DNA of 64,000 nt. Origin: Myxococcota bacterium. GTDB taxonomy: Bacteria > Myxococcota > JACRCW01. The notes beneath the pieces were generated by a model. That model was not told the origin of the DNA. It made no database searches and saw only the letters and a list, made by a program, of their open reading frames with translations. The DNA lies in NCBI GenBank assembly GCA_040752415.1, contig JBFMGU010000010.1, positions 16,023 to 80,022 on the forward strand, read 5' to 3'. Shown piece after piece: positions 33,788 to 45,950 of this stretch. Within the stretch, counting starts at the first letter, position 1. Each line of letters opens with the position of its first letter. A program made the translations under genes and the position numbers.

Positions 33788-36700
33788 GTGGTGCGCCGCC
33801 TCCGGCATCGAGGACGCGATCACCACTGGCCTTGCCCAGCGTCGGCCCAACCGTGCCACTGCTCAACGCCTCCCGGCATCGTGGACGGAATCACCTGGGC
33901 CAACCTGCCCACGCGCACGGATGTCTCCGAAGTGCTCAGCGCCTTCCGGCATCAAGGACAAATCACCCGCACCGATCGCACCGGCAAGATGCTGGAGGCG
34001 CTGCAGCGCCTTCCCGCATCGAGGAAGGATCACGCAGTTCCGGGAACTGTTTGGACCCAACGCCTGGTGCTCAACGCCTTCGGGCATCGAGGACGGAATC
34101 ACCGCACGCTGGCCTCCAGCTCTCCCACGCGCTGCTGGTGCTCAACGCCTTCCGGCATCGCGGACGGAATCACAACCCCGCGATGCGCACGCCCGTCGGA
34201 CCTCACCGGTGCTCAACGCCTTCCGGCATCGAGGACGGAATCACCTCGGCAATGCGACGGTCAAGTTCGCCAACGCGACCGGGTGCTCAACGCCTTCCGG
34301 CATCGAGGACGGAATCACCCTTGCCACCGGCAACACCGGCGGCGTCGAGGCGCTGTGCTCAACGCCTTCCGGCATCGAGGACGGAATCACACGCCGGCCA
34401 GCGCTTCTCGAGGCCAGCGTTGGCGTGCTCAACGCCTTCCGGCATCGAGGACGGAATCACGCGTGGCGGGGACGATGGCGGCCAGCGCCGTCACCACGTG
34501 TGCTCAACGCCTTCCGGCATCGAGGACGGAATCACGCTGCCATTGCCCAGGGTCAGCAACAGGAGCACGAGGTGCTCAACGCCTTCCGGCATCGAGGACG
34601 GAATCACCCGGTACTCACCGGGCCTGCGCTGGATGTCGTGAGGTGCTCAACGCCTTCCGGCATCGAGGACGGAATCACCCGGGGGCCGCGGTGGTGATGG
34701 CATCGCAGTGGCGTGCTCAACGCCTTCCGGCATCGAGGACGGAATCACGAGGCGACCGCCTTCGAGCGCGGGGACGTGCTCCGGTGCTCAACGCCTTCCG
34801 GCATCGAGGACGGAATCACTCAACGACGCTGCCGACGCGTTCAAGACGGTGTCCCGTGAGTGCTCAACGCCTTCCGGCATCGAGGACGGAATCACCTCAT
34901 GGTTCGCGCGGACCTGACAACGGCCTGGTAGTGCTCAACGCCTTCCGGCATCGAGGACGGAATCACTTTTCGGGGTGGTTTCACGACGACACGCGGTTTC
35001 GTGCTCAACGTCTTCCGGCATCGAGGACGGAATCACGCAACGTTGCTCCGTCGGCGGGCGCCGTCGAGCAGTAAAGTGCTCAACGCCTTCCGGCATCGAG
35101 GACGGAATCACTTCTGGAGGGAGTTTGCTGCGGGGGTCGTCATGGGGTGCTCAACGCCTTCCGGCATCGAGGACGGAATCACACGCGCTCGTGTCGCACC
35201 GGCTCGCGGCCACGGAACACGTGCTCAACGCCTTCCGGCATCGAGGACGGAATCACCGATGACCGCCCCCGTCGCCGTTGCCACCAAGGCGTGCTCAACG
35301 CCTTCCGGCATCGAGGACGGAATCACGTGCCGGCAGGCGACAACGCCGGGGAGAGCAGAATCCTGTGCTCAACGCCTTCCGGCATCGAGGACGGAATCAC
35401 ATGCGAAAGCCTGGCGCGGTGGTGGCGCGCGTCGACGAGTGCTCAACGCCTTCCGGCATCGAGGACGGAATCACGAGCCGGATGCGGACGATGTTCTGCA
35501 GGTGGTTGACGTGCTCAACGCCTTCCGGCATCGAGGACGGAATCACAGACCGCGCCTTCCCACAGCGTGCGTGGCCGCCAGCGGTGCTCAACGCCTTCCG
35601 GCATCGAGGACGGAATCACGCGTGCGCGGCCGCTTCCCCGCGCAAGGCGACGAGTGCTCAACGCCTTCCGGCATCGAGGACGGAATCACACACCGTCGGC
35701 GGGCTGTACTTCCCCAACGAGTACAAGTGCTCAACGCCTTCCGGCATCGAGGACGGAATCACCAATGTACGGATTGAGGCGTCCCGACGTCGGATGCACG
35801 TGCTCAACGCCTTCCGGCATCGAGGACGGAATCACGCCCGCACAAAGCGGGCAGCGCAGGCGCAGGTGCGTTGTGCTCAACGCCTTCCGGCATCGAGGAC
35901 GGAATCACGACGGCGCAGGCGCACGTGTGGTCCCTTTGGCGCGCGTGCTCAACGCCTTCCGGCATCGAGGACGGAATCACCGTGTGCGAATCCGACGACA
36001 AGTGCCCCGGAGGTGTCGGTGCTCAACGCCTTCCGGCATCGAGGACGGAATCACGGACGTACACCGGTCGCCCGGCGGTGCCCTTGTTGGCGATGTGCTC
36101 AACGCCTTCCGGCATCGAGGACGGAATCACCGTTCCAAGCGCCGCCCTCCGCCGCCGGGTAATCCTGTGCTCAACGCCTTCCGGCATCGAGGACGGAATC
36201 ACACAGTGAGCCGCGCCTTCAGGAGGGGCAGGCCCAGGTGCTCAACGCCTTCCGGCATCGAGGACGGAATCACTTCCAGCGGCCACGTCTGCCAATCGAA
36301 GTCCACCGTGTGCTCAACGCCTTCCGGCATCGAGGACGGAATCACTTCCAGCGGCCACGTCTGCCAATCGAAGTCCACCGTGTGCTCAACGCCTTCCGGC
36401 ATCGAGGACGGAATCACTTCCAGCGGCCACGTCTGCCAATCGAAGTCCACCGTGTGCTCAACGCCTTCCGGCATCGAGGACGGAATCACACCAATCGCCG
36501 GCGCCCTGCGGATCCTGACCTCGTTTTGTGCTCAACGCCTTCCGGCATCGAGGACGGAATCACGTCTGAACCCGGGTTGCCTCCTGGTCCAGGTTCAAGT
36601 GCTCAACGCCTTCCGGCATCGAGGACGGAATCACACGCGCTTCAACCTCAGCTTCGCCGACGGCACCGTGTGCTCAACGCCTTCCGGCATCGAGGACGGA

Positions 36701-39700
36701 ATCACACCGCCTCCCCACTCTCGGCCTGCTGCGGATCAAGCAGTGCTCAACGCCTTCCGGCATCGAGGACGGAATCACGTCTGGACCGGCCGCGGGCAAA
36801 GACGGAGCCGAGTCGGTGCTCAACGCCTTCCGGCATCGAGGACGGAATCACGGAGCCTTGCGCCGCATAGCGGACGATGCGAACGCAAGTGCTCAACGCC
36901 TTCCGGCATCGAGGACGGAATCACCGCCCACGACCGCGTTGCTGAAACCCTGTTGTCCAAAGTGCTCAACGCCTTCCGGCATCGAGGACGGAATCACATG
37001 GCCAGGTTGCTGCTCCCCACGACGGGGCACCAGTGCTCAACGCCTTCCGGCATCGAGGACGGAATCACGCGCGCGGCCGTCGTCGGCGGCAACCTGGGCG
37101 GCGGCGGGTGCTCAACGCCCTCCGGCATCGAGGACGGAATCACGGTCGCCCTCTGCTCTGGCGCGCCGCCGCGGAGTGGTGCTCAACGCCTTCCCGCATC
37201 GAGGACGGAATCACCGGGGAAATGTACCGCCCCGTCCACAGCTCCTGAACCATCACGTGCTCAACGCCTTCCGGCATCGAGGACGGAATCACCCAGTGCG
37301 CCCGCCCCGGCGCTGGCCAACGTCAACGTGTGCTCAACGCCTTCCGGCATCGAGGACGGAATCACGCGGATGGAGGGACTGAGCCGTGGCGACCCCGTCC
37401 CGTGCTCATCGCCTTCCGGCATCGAGGACGGAATCACTCCGGTTGCTGGCGCGTCGACCCGAGCAGCAACAAGGTGTGCTCAACGCCTTCCGGCATCGAG
37501 GACGGAATCACGGTTAGGCGGCGCGAGGCTGGCCGCGGTGCGGAGGCGGGTGCTCAACGCCTTCCGGCATCGAGGACGGAATCACGGCCCGCTCATTTCC
37601 ATCCTGGAGGAGGACAACTTGTGCTCAACGCCTTCCGGCATCGAGGACGGAATCACCGGGGATCGCCACCGCGGGACCGATGGGCATACGTGTGCTCAAC
37701 GCCTTCCGGCATCGAGGACGGAATCACCAAATGTTCAGTCCACCCGTCGTAACACCCATGCTGTGCTCAACGCCTTCCGGCATCGAGGACGGAATCACTG
37801 GCGCTGCTGGTGGTGGCGATGGTGGCCGCGGCGCGTGCTCAACGCCTTCCGGCATCGAGGACGGAATCACCCGCATCGCCATCCGGGACAAGCACAAAGA
37901 GATCGCGTGCTCAACGCCTTCCGGCATCGAGGACGGAATCACCAACCCGGAGTCGTCACCCGTCGTGGTGTCGCCGGGTGCTCAACGCCTTCCGGCATCG
38001 AGGACGGAATCACTTCCCGGTGCCCGACGAGGCCCGGCGCCGCTTCGGGCCCATGTGCTCAACGCCTTCCGGCATCGAGGACGGAATCACGCGCGTGCTG
38101 CTGGTCTGGGACCCTCAGCGGAAGTGGTGCTCAACGCCTTCCGGCATCGAGGACGGAATCACCACCGGCAGCAGCTTCCCGACGGGGTCCATTGTCTGGT
38201 GCTCAACGCCTTCCGGCATCGAGGACGGAATCACGCAACAGAGTGGTGCCACGGTGGTATGCGGCGTGTCCGTGCTCAACGCCTTCCGGCATCGAGGACG
38301 GAATCACCCGCCGCCGCCGAAGGCGGTTATCTTGAACAGGGGCGTGCTCAACGCCTTCCGGCATCGAGGACGGAATCACTCACCGCGTCCGGGCGCGGAG
38401 TTCACTGGCCGCCGCCTCGTGCTCAACGCCTTCCGTCATCGAGGACGGAATCACACGGCGCGTGGGTGGGTGGGGTCTGACGGAGCCACGTGCTCAACGC
38501 CTTCCGGCATCGAGGACGGAATCACACGCCGAAGCGCGCCAGAAGTGGAACGACCAACTGGTGCTCAACGCCTTCCGGCATCGAGGACGGAATCACACGC
38601 AACATACACATATAAGTAAACCGCACCTTAGGTGCTCAACGCCTTCCGGCATCGAGGACGGAATCACCACCTACGTGGACAGCGCCGGCAAGCCCTTCGC
38701 CGCGTGCTCAACGCCTTCCGGCATCGAGGACGGAATCACTGGTGCCGCTGATTGCCCTGTTGGGCGTCGTCAACGGCGTGGGGTGCCCAACGCCTTCCGG
38801 CATCGAGGACGGAATCACGCACCGGCCCTTGTGGCGTTGCGCTGGCCCAGTTCTGGTGCTCAACGCCTTCCGGCATCGAGGACGGAATCACCAATGACGG
38901 TGACGGTGCGTCCCGTGGAGAACTGAAGTGCTCAACGCCTTCCGGCATCGAGGACGGAATCACTCACAACAGCACCGGGACAGAGAGGAATAGCGCTGAT
39001 GGGTGCTCAACGCCTTCCGGCATCGAGGACGGAATCACGCTGTGGCGGTTGGGCAGTGGGCGGGCTGTCTTCCAGTGCTCAACGCCTTCCGGCATCGAGG
39101 ACGGAATCACCCGTGACGACGGCCAGCCTCATCTTGGTGGCCAGCTGTGCTCAACGCCTTCCGGCATCGAGGACGGAATCACCAGGCTTTCGCCTTGTCG
39201 AGCCAGAACTTCGGGTCGGTGTGCTCAACGCCTTCCGGCATCGAGGACGGAATCACACCAGCGGCCAGATCAAGGTGCTGTGGGAGCACGGTGTGCTCAA
39301 CGCCTTCCGGCATCGAGGACGGAATCACTGAAATGGATGGACCAGGTGCGGCCGCGCGTCGTGTGCTCAACGCCTTCCGGCATCGAGGACGGAATCACTC
39401 ACCAACGTTCCCGACGGCGGCGGGAGTGCGCAGCACAGGTGCTCAACGCCTTCCGGCATCGAGGACGGAATCACCGGGATCAGTCGGCGGGCTCCGAGGT
39501 TCACAGCACCCGGGTGCTCAACGCCTTCCGGCATCGAGGACGGAATCACAAGTAGCGGGCGGACTTGCTGAACAGGAACACGTACTGTGCTCAACGCCTT
39601 CCGGCATCGAGGACGGAATCACACGATGTTGCGAATCCACTCAGGACGGAGCGTGCGCGGTGCTCAACGCCTTCCGGCATCGAGGACGGAATCACTGGTC

Positions 39701-42700
39701 ACCAGGGCGTCGACCACCATGTTCATCGTGCTGTGCTCAACGCCTTCCGGCATCGAGGACGGAATCACCCTTGGGGGACTCCCCTATCGAGCCGGTGGGG
39801 GCGAGTGCTCAACGCCTTCCGGCATCGAGGACGGAATCACCAGGCGCCTCATTACCTGCTGGTCGCCACGCTCCTTGTGTGCTCAACGCCTTCCGGCATC
39901 GAGGACGGAATCACGACGAGAAGTTGCGCGCGTTCTGTAAAACGCTCGGGTGCTCAACGCCTTCCGGCATCGAGGACGGAATCACGCGCGGGGGCCGTAG
40001 AAGGTGGCTGTCGTCGTGATGTGCTCAACGCCTTCCGGCATCGAGGACGGAATCACGCAACGATCCGCAAACCACAGGTGCGCACGCTGGCGCGTGCTCA
40101 ACGCCTTCCGGCATCGAGGACGGAATCACCAGTCAGCGGCGGTCACTCACCCCGCCTCGCCCGCGTGCTCAACGCCTTCCGGCATCGAGGACGGAATCAC
40201 TGGAGATCGGCCTCTTGGCGCTTCAACTGCTCGATGTGCTCAACGCCTTCCGGCATCGAGGACGGAATCACTCACGAGACACCGACGGCGCACGGCGTGT
40301 CCACCACCGCGTGCTCAACGCCTTCCGGCATCGAGGACGGAATCACCCATCACGCCAGTGGAGGATGTGGACGCGGCGCGCGTGTGCTCAACGCCTTCCG
40401 GCATCGAGGACGGAATCACGGTTGGCGGCCGGCGAGTGAGGCGCAGCGGATCCCAGGTGCTCAACGCCTTCCGGCATCGAGGACGGAATCACCGCCAATC
40501 GCGACCGCGAGCACCAGCAGCGAAGCAAGGTGCTCAACGCCTTCCGGCATCGAGGACGGAATCACGCCGCGTTGGCGCGCCCATGCACCGAGGCACCGCA
40601 GCGTGCTCAACGCCTTCCGGCATCGAGGACGGAATCACGTCTTGCCGGACGCTTTGGCGAGCGCATAGCCGTCGTGTGGTGCTCAACGCCTTCCGGCATC
40701 GAGGACGGAATCACGTCATGCCCAGGCGCTTGGCACTGAGAATGATCTCGTGCTCAACGCCTTCCGGCATCGAGGACGGAATCACCGGGCGGTACTGTTT
40801 GCGGTTGACGTTGCCGCCCTGTGCTCAACGCCTTCCGGCATCGAGGACGGAATCACTGGAGACACCAGCGAGACACGCACACGCCCGCCGTTCAGTGCTC
40901 AACGCCTTCCGGCATCGAGGACGGAATCACCCCACGGAGCTACACTCCCCAACACGGATGGTTCACGTGCTCAACGCCTTCCGGCATCGAGGACGGAATC
41001 ACTCATTGGAATTCATGACGTCCTCACGCCGGCTCAAAGTGCTCAACGCCTTCCGGCATCGAGGACGGAATCACATGGATGGGCAAGGGTGGCGCCTTGG
41101 AGCAGGTGGAGTGCTCAACGCCTTCCGGCATCGAGGACGGAATCACTCAAGGCCGGCGTCGCGTTCAATGCCGTCGGGCTTCGCAAGTGCTCAACGCCTT
41201 CCGGCATCGAGGACGGAATCACACGCCGCCACGCTGCCCGAGCCGCCCCCGTAGAGCGGTGCTCAACGCCTTCCGGCATCGAGGACGGAATCACGACGCT
41301 GAGCCTGTACATCAACGGCATCCTGGTCTGTGCTCAACGCCTTCCGGCATCGAGGACGGAATCACTCAGCGGCCAGCCGCTTTCACAGCAGCCCGAGCGC
41401 GTGCGGTGCTCAACGCCTTCCGGCATCGAGGACGGAATCACGCATCCTCATGTCGCTCAACGCGTTCGATGCGAACGACTACGCGTGCTCAACGCCTTCC
41501 GGCATCGAGGACGGAATCACATACCTGGGACTGAAGCCGGTGATCCGCAACGAGGAGTGCTCAACGCCTTCCGGCATCGAGGACGGAATCACATGCACGC
41601 CAGCGAGCGGGACAGCATCTACTTCGAAGCGTGCTCAACGCCTTCCGGCATCGAGGACGGAATCACCGGCTGCATCCGCGGCTACCTGGGCTGTGCCGGC
41701 TTCCCGTGCTCAACGCCTTCCGGCATCGAGGACGGAATCACTGACGTGCTGAAGGATCTGGTGAATGGGCGCGGCCAGCCGTGCTCAACGCCTTCCGGCA
41801 TCGAGGACGGAATCACAAGCTGGACCCCTGGGCGGACGTCAAGGGCGCGGACGAGTGCTCAACGCCTTCCGGCATCGAGGACGGAATCACACGGTCCCCT
41901 GCGGCCCGCCGGATGACCGGAGCGCGTGTGCTCAACGCCTTCCGGCATCGAGGACGGAATCACAGCAGCAGGGACCCCACAACGGCCCCCAGGGCCATCA
42001 GGTGCTCAACGCCTTCCGGCATCGAGGACGGAATCACTCGTCGGCGCTGCAACCGAGGCGCAGCGCCAGCGCGTCGAGGTGCTCAACGCCTTCCGGCATC
42101 GAGGACGGAATCACACGGGCCAGACCATCTACAGCGGCGTTGCCACCGAGTGCTCAACGCCTTCCGGCATCGAGGACGGAATCACGCGGAGGTCTTCGAC
42201 AAGTATGTTGATGGCGACCGGTGCTCAACGCCTTCCGGCATCGAGGACGGAATCACACTGGCCTTCAGCTCCTCCAGCTTCCTGCCGTAGAGTGCTCAAC
42301 GCCTTCCGGCATCGAGGACGGAATCACCCTAACGTCGGCCGACACCACGGTGCAGGTGCCGCAGTTGTGCTCAACGCCTTCCGGCATCGAGGACGGAATC
42401 ACATCACCCACGCCGGGACCTGTACGCCGTGCCACTGATAGTGCTCAACGCCTTCCGGCATCGAGGACGGAATCACGGGATTGCGCCGAGGCGAAAATGA
42501 ACCTGCTGCGCGTGTGCTCAACGCCTTCCGGCATCGAGGACGGAATCACGGTGGAGCTCGGGCTCGCCGCGCCGTCGGGGAACCTGTGCTCAACGCCTTC
42601 CGGCATCGAGGACGGAATCACCAGGCGTCAGGCGGGGTCGGCGTAGCCGTGCGGTGGTGCTCAACGCCTTCCGGCATCGAGGACGGAATCACCAGGCGGA

Positions 42701-45390
42701 CAACCAGCACCCCAGACGACGCCCTCCCTGGTGCTCAACGCCTTCCGGCATCGAGGACGGAATCACATCGCGGTGGTATCCCAGCGCCCCGGAGGTCCCA
42801 CCGTGCTCAACGCCTTCCGGCATCGAGGACGGAATCACCGTCACGCCGCGTTGGCTCAGAGGAGGGCCAGCGCCCAGTGCTCAACGCCTTCCGGCATCGA
42901 GGACGGAATCACACAAACCGCCCATCTCCAGACGCCCGACAGTCGTTGCCCTGTGCTCAACGCCTTCCGGCATCGAGGACGGAATCACGGTACGGATCGT
43001 GGAGCGGGAGAATCCGCGACCGACGAGTGCTCAACGCCTTCCGGCATCGAGGACGGAATCACGGCGTAGCCGCGAACGTCGCCCATGACGGCGGCGACGT
43101 GCTCAACGCCTTCCGGCATCGAGGACGGAATCACGCCGTCCACGTACCGATCAGCCCCGCCCTGGGTAACGTGCTCAACGCCTTCCGGCATCGAGGACGG
43201 AATCACTCCAGCGAACAACGCGTCTCGTGTCAGCCATCGTCGTGTGCTCAACGCCTTCCGGCATCGAGGACGGAATCACGGCCGAGCTCCGCAACGAGAT
43301 GCGCTTCCGCGTTTGACCGTGCTCAACGCCTTCCGGCATCGAGGACGGAATCACTGGGCGGCGCGTGGACCGTGACGTCGCACGAGGACCTGCGTGCTCA
43401 ACGCCTTCCGGCATCGAGGACGGAATCACACACCGCCCCTGGGCGCGCGTTATCTATGCAAGCCGGTGCTCAACGCCTTCCGGCATCGAGGACGGAATCA
43501 CTTCGTGGGCGTTTTGGGGCTGCGTGCTCGTGCTCGTGCTGTGCTCAACGCCTTCCGGCATCGAGGACGGAATCACAGACGGCGCCCTCCCCTCTGCCTC
43601 TGCGTGCTCTGTCGTGCTCAACGCCTTCCGGCATCGAGGACGGAATCACGGGAGGCCAAGAGCGGCATGCTGGCGCGCCTGGCCCAACGGTGCTCAACGC
43701 CTTCCGGCATCGAGGACGGAATCACTGCTGACCGGCGCCAACCACGCGGGGAAGAGCAGGTGCTCAACGCCTTCCGGCATCGAGGACGGAATCACCTTGA
43801 GCGCCAGGTGCGCGTCCGTGTCCACCGGAAACTTGCGTGCTCAACGCCTTCCGGCATCGAGGACGGAATCACACCTGTACGCGCACAAGAAGGTGCCCGC
43901 GGGAGCGTGCTCAACGCCTTCCGGCATCGAGGACGGAATCACGGTGGAGCGCCGGACCGAAGCCTACCGCAGGCGGCTGTGCTCAACGCCTTCCGGCATC
44001 GAGGACGGAATCACCCAGCACCTTGTGGCCCTCGCCAACCTTGGCAACACTAGTGCTCAACGCCTTCCGGCATCGAGGACGGAATCACCAGGCATCCACT
44101 TCAACACTTTTTTCTACCTCCACGTGCTCAACGCCTTCCGGCATCGAGGACGGAATCACCCTTATGAATCTGATGAAGGTTACGGGCCATTAATTTTGTG
44201 CTCAACGCCTTCCGGCATCGAGGACGGAATCACCATTCTTGAATGCAACGATGTTGTTGGTCATCATAGTGTGCTCAACGCCTTCCGGCATCGAGGACGG
44301 AATCACACCGTGTCCGTAGGTCGCCAGCCCTGATCGAATGGGTGCTCAACGCCTTCCGGCATCGAGGACGGAATCACTAGGGATATTAAGGCCGTTACAC
44401 ACCTCTTCTTCTAGTGCTCAACGCCTTCCGGCATCGAGGACGGAATCACCGGGCGGATCGCTGTTCGGCCTGTATCCGTGCTCCTTGTGCTCAACGCCTT
44501 CCGGCATCGAGGACGGAATCACACGGAGACGTGTTGTTTGATAACTGCACCGGCATGAAGTGCTCAACGCCTTCCGGCATCGAGGACGGAATCACGCCAG
44601 CAGAACCAGCCAGAGCGCGCCGGAGAATCTGTGCTCAACGCCTTCCGGCATCGAGGACGGAATCACACGCCAGAGAAACACCCCGATGGACAACACAGGG
44701 ATGTGCTCAACGCCTTCCGGCATCGAGGACGGAATCACGGCTTCGGGCGGCGGAGCCGGCACCGCGGCAAGCAACGGTGCTCAACGCCTTCCGGCATCGA
44801 GGACGGAATCACGCGCCAGACTCTGATATAGTAGCACCGGCTCCAACGGTGCTCAACGCCTTCCGGCATCGAGGACGGAATCACCTGTTGGAGGACTTGG
44901 GCCGGGTTGATCTGGCGGGGTGCTCAACGCCTTCCGGCATCGAGGACGGAATCACCGGTGATGGTGAGCGCACCGCCAGCCTGGCCGTCAGGTGCTCAAC
45001 GCCTTCCGGCATCGAGGACGGAATCACCGGTGGGCAGTGTGCCGCCAGTCGGGATCAGCGCGTCGTGCTCAACGCCTTCCGGCATCGAGGACGGAATCAC
45101 TTCTTGCGACTGCGCTCTCGCACCTCCTCCACCTGCGCGTGCTCAACGCCTTCCGGCATCGAGGACGGAATCACGTGCCTGGCGTGTTTCAGAAGGCGCG
45201 CCTCGTGGTGTGCTCAACGCCTTCCGGCATCGAGGACGGAATCACTCGAGGACTCCGACGGCATTGACCTGCCGCACGGTGGATGTGCTCAACGCCTTCC
45301 GGCATCGAGGACGGAATCACTTCGTACGCCGGTTGATTTCGTATCCGCCTCGGGGTGCTCAACGCCTTCCGGCATCGAGGACGGAATCAC
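33788..45390 (-). CRISPR. CRISPR array of about 160 x 36-bp repeats with spacers of roughly 31-43 bp; leader at the right, degenerate trailer at the left
   Basis: Hand count of ~160 copies of GTGCTCAACGCCTTCCGGCATCGAGGACGGAATCAC. The leftmost six are mutated. The reverse complement ends in ...GTTGAGCAC, as in type I-B2 repeats, so transcription is inferred on the minus strand. Confidence 0.99.
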
Positions 45391-45643
45391 CCCGCCCGCC
45401 CAAGTCTGCGACATGACCGGGAGTTTCCACTTCCCTGACAAGCACCATTCCGCCCGCACCCAGCGGCCGGGTCTGGCATGCGTCCAAACCTCTGCCAGCC
45501 GACCGTGATTCCGTTGTTCTTCCGAGCACCTTCCGCATCCGTCATGCACCTCCTTGGTCCTGCCCACAGGGCAACCTGTTGAAATCCATACCCTATTGCG
45601 TTGCCAAAGCACCCAATCACGACAAACGCGCTGGGGTCCATGA
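45391..45643 (-). promoter_or_regulatory. CRISPR leader
   Basis: Non-coding, lower-GC stretch between cas2 and the non-degenerate end of the array. Confidence 0.8.
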
Positions 45644-45940
45644 TCACGCCAGGATGAACGGCGGCGGGTCCTCATCCAGCCCGGCGAGGTCCTTGCCTCG
45701 CACGGTCACGCGACCGGCGCAACCCTCACACAGCCGGGCGACCATCAGCCGATCCTTTTCCTCGAGGATGCCAGCCAGCTCGAAGCGGAGCTGCTCCAGC
45801 TCCCTGGCGGTGCAGCGCACCCGGAAGACGGAGTACTGCACTGGCTTTCCCCATGCGGTCAGCTTCTTGTGAACTTGTCGCAGCGCCTTGTCGTTGGACA
45901 CGTCGTACATCACCAGGTGCCAGTGTCGCGGTTCCGCCAT
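45644..45940 (-). CDS. cas2: CRISPR-associated Cas2
   Basis: LVMYDVS...WGKPVQYSVF; 98 aa; next to the leader. Confidence 0.96.
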   Translation of the reverse strand: MAEPRHWHLVMYDVSNDKALRQVHKKLTAWGKPVQYSVFRVRCTARELEQLRFELAGILEEKDRLMVARLCEGCAGRVTVRGKDLAGLDEDPPPFILA

Positions 45941-45950
45941 GGTGTCCTCC

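Noticed and set aside
34053..34065. Spacer end GGACCCAACGCCT identical to the start of the detached repeat at 30914
   Set aside because: Only 13 bp, most of it shared with the repeat consensus; cannot be distinguished from chance.
33788..45390. Self-targeting spacers against genes in this window
   Set aside because: None seen by eye; an exhaustive alignment was not possible.
33780..45508. Many long ORFs across the array (e.g. 922 aa at 35567-38335)
   Set aside because: They are translations of the stop-free repeat (CSTPSGIEDGIT / VLNAFRHRGRNH / AQRLPASRTES), not genes.
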